Positions 1 through 8,330 of a stretch of 50,156 nt of DNA are shown here, piece by piece. The stretch is taken from IMG/VR virus record IMGVR_UViG_3300045988_128743. One strand, written 5' to 3'. The position numbers and the translations under genes were made by a program. A model generated the notes under the pieces. It saw only the letters and a list, made by a program, of their open reading frames with translations. It searched no databases and was not told the DNA's origin. Source of the DNA: a virus. Position 1 is the stretch's first letter, and each line of letters starts with the position of its first letter.

Positions 1-55
1 AAACGTTTTTGAATTTTCGGTAACTGCTCTATAAATCAATGATTAACAATGAATT
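1..55. repeat. 55-bp terminal direct repeat, copy 1 (identical to 50102-50156)
   Basis: aaacgtttttgaattttcggtaactgctctataaatcaatgattaacaatgaatt occurs at both window ends. The repeat cuts through the integrase start codon, which fits an assembly overlap of a circular molecule. Confidence 0.9.
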
Positions 56-1218
56 CCAAAGAACCTATCCGGTTGCGGAAGCGGAAGACTTCCACCGGGC
101 GAACATCGCTTTATCTTGATATATACCTTAACGGTAAACGCTCTTACGAGTATCTAAAATTATACCTTATTGAAGAAAAGACAAAAGCCGACAGGGAAAA
201 GAACCGACAGACCATGCAGCTTGCAGAAGCAATACGGGGAAAACGATTGGTAGAACTGCAGAACGGAGAATATGGCTTCAATGCAGCCTACAAACTTGAC
301 ACAAATTTCCTCGACTATTATAAGGCGATGTGCGAAAAGAGGAAAGGGAATCCCGAAAGTTTGGGGAATTGGGGTAACTGGTACAGTTGCCTTAAACATC
401 TTGAAAGATACTGTAAACCGGGTATGACATTCAAAGACGTAACCCCGGAATGGATTGAGGGCTTCAAAAAGTATCTTGACAAAACAGCCCGTTGCCGGGA
501 TAAAAGAAAATACATCAAGACAGACGAAGTAATGAAGCCTTTGTCACAAAACAGTAAGGTTAGCTATTTTAATAAATTGCGTGCCTGTATCAATCAGGCT
601 TTCGAGGACAGAATTATGCCACATAACCCCTTGCGTGGCATAGAGGGTTTCAAACAAGGGGAAACGGAACGTAGTTACCTTACTATTGATGAAGTACGGG
701 CTATGGCTGCAACGCACTGTAAATACCCGGCTTTGAAAAACGCCTTTTTATTCTCGTGTCTGACAGGGCTTAGAAAAAGCGATATTGAAAAGATGCGCTG
801 GCGTGAAGTTCAACAACAGGGAGATTTTACCCGTATTGTGTTCAAGCAGAAAAAAACCGGAGGACAGGAATACCTCGACATAAATCCACAGGCTGTACAA
901 TACATGGGTGAAAGAAGAAAAGCGGATGATCGTGTTTTTGTCGGATTCAAATACAGTTCATACATGATAACTGAATTGAGAATGTGGGCTATGAGAGCAG
1001 GGATAACAAAGGACATAACATTTCACTCCGGACGGCATACCTTTGCCGTGCTTATGCTTGACCTTGGAGCTGACATTTACACGGTACAGAAACTACTCGG
1101 ACATAAAGAGATAGGCACGACACAGATATACGCCAAAATAATGGATAAGAAGAAGCAACAGGCAGTTTCCATGATACCGAATATAAACATGGAAGATAAC
1201 TCCGGTGAAAACGACTGA
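49..1218 (+). CDS. int: Tyrosine site-specific integrase (Bacteroidetes phage/CTn type)
   Basis: 389 aa. It has a basic N-terminal arm-binding-like region, a C-terminal catalytic signature HSGRHTFA (H-x-x-R), LLGH, and the catalytic Tyr context TTQIYAKI. Confidence 0.9.
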   Translation: MNSKEPIRLRKRKTSTGRTSLYLDIYLNGKRSYEYLKLYLIEEKTKADREKNRQTMQLAEAIRGKRLVELQNGEYGFNAAYKLDTNFLDYYKAMCEKRKGNPESLGNWGNWYSCLKHLERYCKPGMTFKDVTPEWIEGFKKYLDKTARCRDKRKYIKTDEVMKPLSQNSKVSYFNKLRACINQAFEDRIMPHNPLRGIEGFKQGETERSYLTIDEVRAMAATHCKYPALKNAFLFSCLTGLRKSDIEKMRWREVQQQGDFTRIVFKQKKTGGQEYLDINPQAVQYMGERRKADDRVFVGFKYSSYMITELRMWAMRAGITKDITFHSGRHTFAVLMLDLGADIYTVQKLLGHKEIGTTQIYAKIMDKKKQQAVSMIPNINMEDNSGEND

Positions 1219-1500
1219 CTACTTCTTTTTAGTGGGCGTGGGCTTTTTGACGAACATTTCCCCCTCGCCCACTAACAGCCAACGGGCAGAAACTCCGAAA
1301 TCACGTACAAGGTATGTAAGCCATGCAAGTTGTACGCTGTTCTGTGTGGATTTTCCTGTCTCAAGCGCATTCAGGTTCCACCTGTTTATACCATATTGAT
1401 TGGTAAATGTCTGCTTCCCTCGAATAATGCCCTCATTCTTTAAGGCATACAAGGCTTCAAAAAACCTCTTGGTTATTTTCTTGTCTTCTTCTGACTGCAT
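1219..1500 (-). CDS. Small HTH-like regulator, paralogue 3 of the lysogeny module
   Basis: 93 aa. It carries the motif RWLLVGEGEMF shared with the two upstream minus-strand genes, and abuts the integrase stop with zero spacing. Confidence 0.5.
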   Translation of the reverse strand: MQSEEDKKITKRFFEALYALKNEGIIRGKQTFTNQYGINRWNLNALETGKSTQNSVQLAWLTYLVRDFGVSARWLLVGEGEMFVKKPTPTKKK

Positions 1501-1949
1501 AATCTATCTGATTCCTCGCTTGCTGCGGCGAATTTAGCGTTCAATTCCTTTTCTCGTTCACTTAACCGTTCTTCCCATTTTGCGACCGTGTCTGGGCTGT
1601 AAACAGGCTTCCTGCCCGACTTTACAGCTTCTTCAAACTCACGTACTTCTTCTGCTGACATATAAGGTATATACTTGTCAAGATTAAGAAGTTCCTGAAT
1701 GTGTGACATCGTTTCACGTTGCAGGTCAAACAGTTTTCCCATCTCAAACATTTCTCCACTCCCAAGCAAAAACCAACGGGCGTTTATTTCGGGAATAGTT
1801 TCTAAAATAGACAACACAGGCTGCAAACCGAAATTCTCGCCTTTGAGCAGCTTTGTTAGATAAGACGGATTCCACCCCATTAATTCAGCAAACGCCTTTT
1901 GGTGTCCTCCTGTTTTATATTTTATAATTTCCTGTAAACGAGTATTCAT
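1473..1949 (-). CDS. HTH (XRE-like) regulator, paralogue 2
   Basis: 158 aa. It has an N-terminal HTH-like segment QKAFAELMGWNPSYLTKLLKG, the motif RWFLLGSGEMF, and a charged helical C-terminus. Confidence 0.6.
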   Translation of the reverse strand: MNTRLQEIIKYKTGGHQKAFAELMGWNPSYLTKLLKGENFGLQPVLSILETIPEINARWFLLGSGEMFEMGKLFDLQRETMSHIQELLNLDKYIPYMSAEEVREFEEAVKSGRKPVYSPDTVAKWEERLSEREKELNAKFAAASEESDRLCSQKKTRK

Positions 1950-2004
1950 ATCATCCTCCTTTTTTAGTACTTAGGTATTTTCCTTTCCCATATTCCAAAT
2001 CCGA

Positions 2005-2430
2005 CTATCCGACAGCGGCAGAGGCGGCATCTTCTTCCGTCCGGGCAATCATTTTTTTGCTCTCCTGAATCTGTTCTTTCAGCATACCCATAAGTTCATC
2101 TATCTGTTTATCTCTTGTTGCAAGGCTTTCCGCTTGCTGCTGAATGATATTCCAAACGCTTTTTGGTATGGTTACTTCATTTTCACTGTTTGGGTTATTC
2201 ATGAACATATCACCTGTTCCGTCTGTTACCCAAACTTCGTTTATATTTTCATCGAGGGAACATAGCTTTTTTACAAACTTATCAGACAGTGGAACTTTGC
2301 CATTCACTATCTGAGAGAACGATGACTTGGTATATCCAAGCATTTCTGACAAAGCTCTTTCATTCTCCGCTATCTCCTGATAAATCAGCCAATTAATAAC
2401 TTTCTTAATACGTTGCTTTATATCCATCAT
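2005..2430 (-). CDS. CI-like repressor candidate (XRE-type HTH), paralogue 1
   Basis: 141 aa. It has the HTH segment ERALSEMLGYTKSSFSQIVNGK, the motif VWVTDGTGDMF, and a coiled-coil-like C-terminus. It is the first leftward gene at the divergent switch region. Confidence 0.6.
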   Translation of the reverse strand: MMDIKQRIKKVINWLIYQEIAENERALSEMLGYTKSSFSQIVNGKVPLSDKFVKKLCSLDENINEVWVTDGTGDMFMNNPNSENEVTIPKSVWNIIQQQAESLATRDKQIDELMGMLKEQIQESKKMIARTEEDAASAAVG

Positions 2431-2494
2431 TCAAAAAATAATGTTAAAAATAAAACATTGTTTCGATTTCTTTTTATGAAAACGAAACTTTGCT

Positions 2495-2502
2495 TATATT
2501 TG
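2495..2502 (+). promoter_or_regulatory. -7 box TATATTTG, rightward early promoter candidate
   Basis: Exact match to the Bacteroides TAnnTTTG -7 consensus, about 95 nt upstream of the first rightward ORF (2598). Confidence 0.55.
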
Positions 2503-2512
2503 CATCGTGTTA

Positions 2513-2526
2513 CGGTTAAATAACCG
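2513..2526. promoter_or_regulatory. Inverted repeat CGGTTA-aa-TAACCG, operator candidate
   Basis: Perfect 6-bp arms lying between the two opposed -7 boxes. Confidence 0.45.
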
Positions 2527-2528
2527 CA

Positions 2529-2536
2529 CAAAGTTA
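2529..2536 (-). promoter_or_regulatory. -7 box TAACTTTG on minus strand, leftward (repressor) promoter candidate
   Basis: The plus strand reads caaagtta, so the minus strand reads TAACTTTG. It points toward 2005-2430. Confidence 0.5.
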
Positions 2537-2547
2537 TGAAATAACTT
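2531..2547. promoter_or_regulatory. Inverted repeat AAGTTAT-gaa-ATAACTT, operator candidate
   Basis: Perfect 7-bp arms. The half-site RGTTA/TAACY is shared with 2513-2526. Confidence 0.45.
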
Positions 2548-2597
2548 CTGAAAACGGGAATAAACCAATAAGTAAAATTAAAAATAAAAACGAAAGT

Positions 2598-2813
2598 ATG
2601 GAAGTAACAGTTTTTAAGACACAATGCCAAGCAGAGCGTGAAGCACGTGATTTGGCTATTTACAATGAGTATAACGAGCTGATGTCAGTTAAGGGGCAAA
2701 GTAAAACGCTTGTTATGGAACACCTGATGAAGAAATACGGCATACACAGTATCGGGACAATTTACGTGATACGCCGCCGGGTTGAGGAACGTCTAAAGAA
2801 AAAGGAGGAATAG
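2598..2813 (+). CDS. First rightward early gene, small Cro-like/early regulator candidate
   Basis: 71 aa, basic C-terminus, positioned opposite the repressor-like gene. Confidence 0.4.
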   Translation: MEVTVFKTQCQAEREARDLAIYNEYNELMSVKGQSKTLVMEHLMKKYGIHSIGTIYVIRRRVEERLKKKEE

Positions 2814-2815
2814 CT

Positions 2816-3169
2816 ATGGCAAGCAAGGAGGCTAACAAACTCAAATATCAGTATAACAAAAAGTACGTAGAGGCGTATTGGGAGCGTAAAGCACAAAAGG
2901 CAAACGGCTCAACGACTGAAACAACAAAGAAAAAAATACGGCAGATGACGGTCACCTGTATTGATGAAGATGATGATGAAACCGATGTATCTGAAAGACC
3001 TGTAACCGTATCACGAAAAGGTAAGACACTTGAAAGGTATATAAAGTGCCTTGAAACAGCCAATAGGACATTAAGCAGTGAAAATGCACGGCTTGTTCGT
3101 AAGGTTTTAGAGTATCATGATTTATTCGATAAAATAACAACAATTTGCAACAATGATGAACAGGCATAA
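2816..3169 (+). CDS. Hypothetical early protein
   Basis: 117-aa ORF starting 3 nt after the previous stop, with an acidic DEDDDE tract. Confidence 0.45.
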   Translation: MASKEANKLKYQYNKKYVEAYWERKAQKANGSTTETTKKKIRQMTVTCIDEDDDETDVSERPVTVSRKGKTLERYIKCLETANRTLSSENARLVRKVLEYHDLFDKITTICNNDEQA

Positions 3170-3407
3170 AAAGATAGACGCAGTTAAATGGGTTATACTC
3201 GTTACGCTGCTTGCATGGGGAACAATATCTTTCATCGTAGTTATAGGTGAAGAAAGCCCCAACAATCCGATAGGTATAGGAACTTTTATCTTGTATAAGT
3301 TCTTTGCGATGTGTAGCCTTATACTTTGTGGAATAACAGCCTCCCGGCTTCATAAGAAAGGTTGGTTACCTAAATGGGTGGATGAGTTTAACAACGAAAA
3401 TATCTAA
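3153..3407 (+). CDS. Small membrane protein (two hydrophobic helices)
   Basis: 84 aa with hydrophobic segments WVILVTLLAWGTISFIVVI and FFAMCSLILCGITA. Confidence 0.45.
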   Translation: MMNRHKKIDAVKWVILVTLLAWGTISFIVVIGEESPNNPIGIGTFILYKFFAMCSLILCGITASRLHKKGWLPKWVDEFNNENI

Positions 3408-3410
3408 AAT

Positions 3411-3698
3411 ATGGGAATCACTATACAGGATTTAAGCGACAAACTCGACCGGATAGAATCTCTTACGCTTATAGGGGCTAAAAATATTCTTGACCTTGAC
3501 GAAGCCGTTTTGTTTACGGGGTTCAGTAAGGGACATCTTTACCGACTGACGAGTGAAAAGAGAATACCTCATTTCAAGAAAAGCCGGAAATTGTATTTCA
3601 AAAAAACAGAATTAGAGAATTGGATGCTGGAGCAGAAAATACTCACGGAAGATGAAATACAAAGCAAGGCAAGCACTTATGTAGCAACTCATAAATAA
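3411..3698 (+). CDS. Excisionase-family / MerR-like HTH DNA-binding protein
   Basis: 95 aa. The segment LDEAVLFTGFSKGHLYRLTSEKRIPHFKKSRKLYFKKTELENWM matches the HTH_17 / Xis-type pattern. Confidence 0.65.
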   Translation: MGITIQDLSDKLDRIESLTLIGAKNILDLDEAVLFTGFSKGHLYRLTSEKRIPHFKKSRKLYFKKTELENWMLEQKILTEDEIQSKASTYVATHK

Positions 3699-3744
3699 AA
3701 AGGAACGCCCGAACCTATCAGAGGGCATATAAAATCATAACAAT

Positions 3745-4656
3745 ATGGATAATGAAATTATTGAAGTGAAGCAGGCGGAAATGCTTCAAGCTATTAACCG
3801 GGCAGAAGTTGACATTCAGATTGCAACAGCAAAACAGTACCCACGTGACATCAACGCATCGCTCAACAAAATTGCGACCTATGCAATGATGGATAAGGAA
3901 ACGGCAGAGGATTGTTTCTACGTTCTTCGCAGACAGGATGCAAACGGAAATTCTTCCGTTATTGAGGGATTATCAGTTCGCATGGCAGAGATTATCGCCG
4001 GGGCTTGGGGAAATCTCCGGGTACAGACCCGTATAATCGGCAACGATGGACGAATGATAACCGCACAGGCAATATGCCATGACCTCGAAACCAACTTTGC
4101 CGTGAGCAAGGAAGTGAAACGCCGTATCACGACCAAGAGCGGAAAGACTTACAGCGAAGATATGCAGGTTGTAACAGGGAACGCCGCTGCATCAATCGCT
4201 TTCAGGAACGCCGTTTTAGCTGTTATACCAAAAGCCATAACCAAACGAGTTATCAATGAGGTTAAACAGGTTGCTCTCGGACAGGCTATTGATGTAGAAA
4301 CAGCCCGTAAGAACTGTTTGGCAAACTTCGCCAAAGCAGGTGTGAATGAATCAATGATATGCCAATACCTCGGCATAAAATCAATCGCAGAAATTGATAA
4401 AGAACGCTTGTTTGAACTCCGGGCTACATGGAACGCTATCAGGGAGGGAACGACAACAGTACAGGAGACATTCATCCAACCAGCCATTGAAGCAAAGGCA
4501 CAGGCTGCAGCGGAAAAGAAATCAAACTCAGCACAGGAAAAGGCTGCGGCAGCTATCGCACAGGCGACAGGAGCAGTTCCGGCAAATGTTGACCCGGAAA
4601 CAGGCGAAATCAAGGAGGCACAGAACAATAAGAAATCATCAACCAATAAAAAGTAG
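3745..4656 (+). CDS. Putative single-strand annealing protein (RecT/Redbeta-like), function uncertain
   Basis: 303 aa in the same operon as a YqaJ-type exonuclease, with a low-complexity Ala/Lys-rich tail. I could not verify any diagnostic motif by eye. Confidence 0.35.
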   Translation: MDNEIIEVKQAEMLQAINRAEVDIQIATAKQYPRDINASLNKIATYAMMDKETAEDCFYVLRRQDANGNSSVIEGLSVRMAEIIAGAWGNLRVQTRIIGNDGRMITAQAICHDLETNFAVSKEVKRRITTKSGKTYSEDMQVVTGNAAASIAFRNAVLAVIPKAITKRVINEVKQVALGQAIDVETARKNCLANFAKAGVNESMICQYLGIKSIAEIDKERLFELRATWNAIREGTTTVQETFIQPAIEAKAQAAAEKKSNSAQEKAAAAIAQATGAVPANVDPETGEIKEAQNNKKSSTNKK

Positions 4657-4662
4657 GACATT

Positions 4663-5250
4663 ATGGAAATCAAAAAAGAAAACCTATTGAAAGCCCTTAA
4701 TACAGGCTCTGACAGCGTTAAAGAAACAATCCTCGCTATTTTCCCCGAGTTAAAAGAAGAAGCGGTACAGAAAGCCGACAAACGCCCTGTAACGGAACGT
4801 ATAAAGACATTTGAGGATGCTTGCGAAGTTCTCGGTAATAACCACCCGTTTATACAAGCGTACAAATGCTGGGAAAATGACGGAGTAAACAATCAGACAG
4901 ATATTGACGCATACTTGAAACTCCGTATCATCTGCGAAGCTCTTAACGAGGGATGGGAGCCAAAATTCACAGAGGACGAGTGGCGTTATTATCCTTGGTT
5001 CTACCTATACACGCAGCAGGAGCTTGACGATATGGATGATGATGAAAAACAGGAACGACACATGATAGATACAGGCGATTATGAAACCGAATCTTGCGGC
5101 TTCGGCTTTGCGTGTTCGTATAGCGTTCCCTCGAATACGACTGCGGCCGTCGGCTCTCGCCTTTGCTTGAAAAACAGCGAACTCGCCACGTACTGCGGCA
5201 AACAGTTTATAAGCATTTGGGCTGATTTCAACCTTGTACGCCGCCGATAA
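4663..5250 (+). CDS. Remote DGR target protein 2 (contains VR2), 195 aa
   Basis: The C-terminal segment ESCGFGFACSYSVPSNTTAAVGSRLCLK is encoded by a 75-bp copy of the TR that differs only at TR adenines. Confidence 0.8.
   Translation: MEIKKENLLKALNTGSDSVKETILAIFPELKEEAVQKADKRPVTERIKTFEDACEVLGNNHPFIQAYKCWENDGVNNQTDIDAYLKLRIICEALNEGWEPKFTEDEWRYYPWFYLYTQQELDDMDDDEKQERHMIDTGDYETESCGFGFACSYSVPSNTTAAVGSRLCLKNSELATYCGKQFISIWADFNLVRRR
5094..5168 (+). repeat. DGR variable region VR2
   Basis: Gapless alignment to TR 39794-39868 (offset 34,700). By hand count there are 11 mismatches, all at TR adenines (11 of 17). Confidence 0.85.
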
Positions 5251-5323
5251 TGTTTGAATGGTATAACACCTTATGCGAACAAAGAAAACCCCGTAAAAAC
5301 AAAATTTAATCAAAATAACAGAC

Positions 5324-5626
5324 ATGGAAACTAAAAGTGAATTTATTCAGAAAGTCGATGCAACTATCAGCGAGTTTCAAGCTGACATCCACAAATCAGA
5401 GGAAAGAAAAGCAGTTATAATCATTGCATCAGAGCCGTTACCGGGCAAAGACGGGAGCAGTCAAACCGGGGCAGCAATAGGCAACGAAACTGAGTTGGTT
5501 TTGGCTCTCGCAGGATTTATGCGACAACCTACCATAAATGATTTGATAAGAAAGGCTATGGCTTTGAATTTAGCTGCATCAATGGGAAGAATGTTTAACC
5601 AAAAGGAACAGGAGGACAACAAATGA
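5324..5626 (+). CDS. Hypothetical protein
   Basis: 100-aa ORF whose stop overlaps the start of the exonuclease gene by 4 nt. Confidence 0.5.
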   Translation: METKSEFIQKVDATISEFQADIHKSEERKAVIIIASEPLPGKDGSSQTGAAIGNETELVLALAGFMRQPTINDLIRKAMALNLAASMGRMFNQKEQEDNK

Positions 5627-6564
5627 GTAATACAATTATCAGACCGAAAGACCGTAACGAATGGCTTGAATTAAGAAAAGCAGGTATCGGAAGCAGTGAA
5701 GTAGCGACAATCGTAGGATTGAACCCTTGGGAAACACCGTATCAGTTATGGAGACGCAAATTAGGGCTTGACCCGGCTAAGGATGAAACCTTTGCAATGA
5801 AAGCAGGACACTATCTTGAAGATGCAGTAGCGCAGTTTTGGCATGACGCAACAGGCAACGAAATCATAAAAAGCTCTGCCGGGGATTGGCTCATTAAAGA
5901 CAATGACCGACCGTATTTACAGGTAAGCCCCGACCGTACATATTGGCTCGCAGGACGAACCAAGAACAACAGCAACAAGGGTATATTGGAATGCAAGACA
6001 ACCCAAAAACAAATAGACCCGGAAGATCTGCCGAAACACTGGTTCTGTCAGGTTCAATACCAACTCGGGGTTGCCGGGCTTGAGCAGGGTAGCCTTGCAT
6101 GGTTATGTTCCGGAAGAGAGTTTGGCTACAAAGACTTGAGTTTCGTTCCTGACTTTTACTCATGGCTTATTGAAGAAGTAGATAGATTTTGGACTGACAA
6201 TATCCTCGGTAAGCAAGAGCCATCCGCACAATCCGTACAGGACATTCTGTTAAAATACAACAGACACACGGACGGAAAATCAGTTGAGGTAAACGATGAA
6301 ATATTTGAAGCGTACAACGAGTTGAAAAGCCTTAAAGAGGAATTGGCTGGGCTTGACGAGCGTAAAACAGCCCTTGAAGAAAAGATTAAGATTTCATTCG
6401 GGGATGCGGAAGCTATCAGTTATGCCGGGCAGACAATCGCTACATGGAAAGCACCGAAACCGAGTGAAAAATTTGATGATAAGGCTTTCAAGGCTGCACA
6501 CCCAGACCTCGCGAAAGAGTTTACTAAGACAGTTCAAGGAGCAAGACGCTTCCTTTTGAAATAA
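5623..6564 (+). CDS. YqaJ-like viral recombinase-domain exonuclease (PD-(D/E)XK)
   Basis: 313 aa. The N-terminus WLELRKAGIGSSEVATIVGLNPWETPYQLWRRKLGL and the ECKT motif are typical of YqaJ/lambda-Exo-like nucleases. Confidence 0.8.
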   Translation: MSNTIIRPKDRNEWLELRKAGIGSSEVATIVGLNPWETPYQLWRRKLGLDPAKDETFAMKAGHYLEDAVAQFWHDATGNEIIKSSAGDWLIKDNDRPYLQVSPDRTYWLAGRTKNNSNKGILECKTTQKQIDPEDLPKHWFCQVQYQLGVAGLEQGSLAWLCSGREFGYKDLSFVPDFYSWLIEEVDRFWTDNILGKQEPSAQSVQDILLKYNRHTDGKSVEVNDEIFEAYNELKSLKEELAGLDERKTALEEKIKISFGDAEAISYAGQTIATWKAPKPSEKFDDKAFKAAHPDLAKEFTKTVQGARRFLLK

Positions 6565-6581
6565 GGAAAGGAGGAACAGGT

Positions 6582-6782
6582 ATGATAGTCATATCAAACA
6601 GCCAGCGAGATTACATCGTGAAGTACATAGACCTAATGTGCGAAGCCCTTACAGGGAATGATAATAAAACATACAATACAAAGCGTATGGCTCGCAAACT
6701 GCAACGGCAGTTGATAGATAAACAGCCTATCAAAGCCAATGAATTATCATCCCTATTAAAAAATTCCTTGCCTCAAAAGTAA
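6582..6782 (+). CDS. Hypothetical small protein
   Basis: 66-aa ORF on the operon strand. Confidence 0.4.
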   Translation: MIVISNSQRDYIVKYIDLMCEALTGNDNKTYNTKRMARKLQRQLIDKQPIKANELSSLLKNSLPQK

Positions 6783-6808
6783 TTATTTTATAATCGTTAC
6801 TATATTTG
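6782..6808 (+). promoter_or_regulatory. Promoter: ATTATTTTATAATC box + TATATTTG -7 box (replication operon)
   Basis: The 14-mer at 6782-6795 is identical to those at 14115 and 45957. The -7 box is at 6801-6808. Confidence 0.6.
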
Positions 6809-6942
6809 CAATAACCGAAAAGATGAACAGTATAAACACTAAATATCAAAGCCTTGTATATGGGTGGATAAGCCGAAAGGAATCCAACGCTTGCTGTTAT
6901 GCGTGGTTAGCCCTAAGTACGGGGCTTTTCTCATAAAAGGGT

Positions 6943-8319
6943 ATGATAACATTAAGAGAAAACCAAGCCGAACCTATTCAAAAGGCAATAAGGTTCTTTC
7001 AAGAAAAGAACCCGAAGCCAAGTTTGATTGTACTCCCTACGGCTTGGGGGAAATCAATTCTGACGGCATTTGTAGCCAAGAACAGCAACGATAAGATGAT
7101 AGTTCTGCAACCTTCCAAAGAGTTATTGGAACAGAATTATCTTAAATATTGTACACTATGCGGAGATTTCGGAACGAATGCCGGGATTTACAGCGCGAGT
7201 TTCGGTCGAAAAGAGATAGCCCCTATTACTTACGCCACTATAGGTTCAATAAAGAATCTCGGGGCTGAATTTAAGCGATACGGGTTTACCAAGATGTTGA
7301 TAGATGAAGCCCACCTTTACCCCCGTGAAGCTGACAGTATGCTCGGACGCTTTCTGAAAGAGAGTGGAATAACCCATGTTCTTGGAATAACGGCAACTCC
7401 GGTAAAATTACAGACAAACCGGGATAAAGACGGATGCACATTTTCAAAACTTGTTATGCTTACCTCCCGGAGCAAAAAAGGGAACTTTTTCAAGGAAATA
7501 ATACACGTGGGACAGGTTGCGGAAATGGTAAGGCTGGGATTTTGGAGCAATTTGAATTATGAGGCTGCCGATTTTGATGACAGCCTGTTAGTGTTCAACA
7601 GCTCGAAGTCAGAATACACGGAAGACAGCGTTCAAAGAGCATACGATGCAAACGGAGGCACACAATCCATCATTGATGCACTCGACAACCACCCGGAAAG
7701 ACAGCACATATTGGCTTTCTGCCCATCTGTACAGGATGCTATCGAATTATCTGAACGGTACAACAATTCTGCCGTGATTTACGGCGAAATGGATAAGCGA
7801 GAGCGTGAGAACATTATCAAGCGTTTCAAAGCCGGGGAAATACGGGTTATTTTTAATGTAAGGGTGCTTTCCACAGGTTTTGACTATACGGGAATAGACT
7901 GTATTGTTCTTGGAATATCCACAGCTTCCATAGCTCTGTATTATCAGATTATAGGACGAGCGACACGTATAGACCGGGATAAGAAAGATGCGCTTATAAT
8001 CGACCTCGGAGGCAATGTAAGCAGATTCGGTCGTGTCGAGGATATATGTTTTGAGAAAGGCAGGTTATGGCGTATGTTCGGAACTGGAGGCAAGCTGTTA
8101 AGCGGAATACCTATTCATGACATCGGACATTATACTCGTGAGGACACCCAAGCGATAGACGCACAGGCAAACGCCCCGATTGAGATAATGCCTTTCGGTA
8201 AGTACAAAGGGAATAGAATATCGGACATCCCTCTGGAATACAGGCAATGGATGATAAGGGCTTTCGATTGGAACTCACGTAACGAGAAGCTCCGCAAATC
8301 AATAATGGCAACTCTCTAA
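6943..8319 (+). CDS. SF2 DEAD/DEAH-box helicase
   Basis: 458 aa. It has a P-loop-like PTAWGKS, the DEAH box in LIDEAHLY, ITATP, and a C-terminal MPFGKYKGNRISDIP...YRQWM (DUF3820-like) tail. Confidence 0.8.
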   Translation: MITLRENQAEPIQKAIRFFQEKNPKPSLIVLPTAWGKSILTAFVAKNSNDKMIVLQPSKELLEQNYLKYCTLCGDFGTNAGIYSASFGRKEIAPITYATIGSIKNLGAEFKRYGFTKMLIDEAHLYPREADSMLGRFLKESGITHVLGITATPVKLQTNRDKDGCTFSKLVMLTSRSKKGNFFKEIIHVGQVAEMVRLGFWSNLNYEAADFDDSLLVFNSSKSEYTEDSVQRAYDANGGTQSIIDALDNHPERQHILAFCPSVQDAIELSERYNNSAVIYGEMDKRERENIIKRFKAGEIRVIFNVRVLSTGFDYTGIDCIVLGISTASIALYYQIIGRATRIDRDKKDALIIDLGGNVSRFGRVEDICFEKGRLWRMFGTGGKLLSGIPIHDIGHYTREDTQAIDAQANAPIEIMPFGKYKGNRISDIPLEYRQWMIRAFDWNSRNEKLRKSIMATL

Positions 8320-8330
8320 AAGCACAAGTT

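Noticed and set aside
4149-4892. 247-aa minus-strand ORF
   Set aside because: It is antisense to two well-supported plus-strand genes (3745-4656 and 4663-5250), has a low-complexity Ala/Ser/Cys-rich translation, and has no promoter or coupling context.
6864-7094. 76-aa plus-strand ORF overlapping the helicase start
   Set aside because: It is out of frame with, and mostly inside, the well-supported helicase gene. A weak GCCC-n8-GGGC-TTTT hairpin in the same leader (about 6917-6937) was also judged too weak to call.
7993-8003. TTATAATCG match to the promoter box inside the helicase gene
   Set aside because: Only the short core matches. There is no flanking ATTATTT or downstream TAnnTTTG box, and it is inside a CDS, so it is probably chance.
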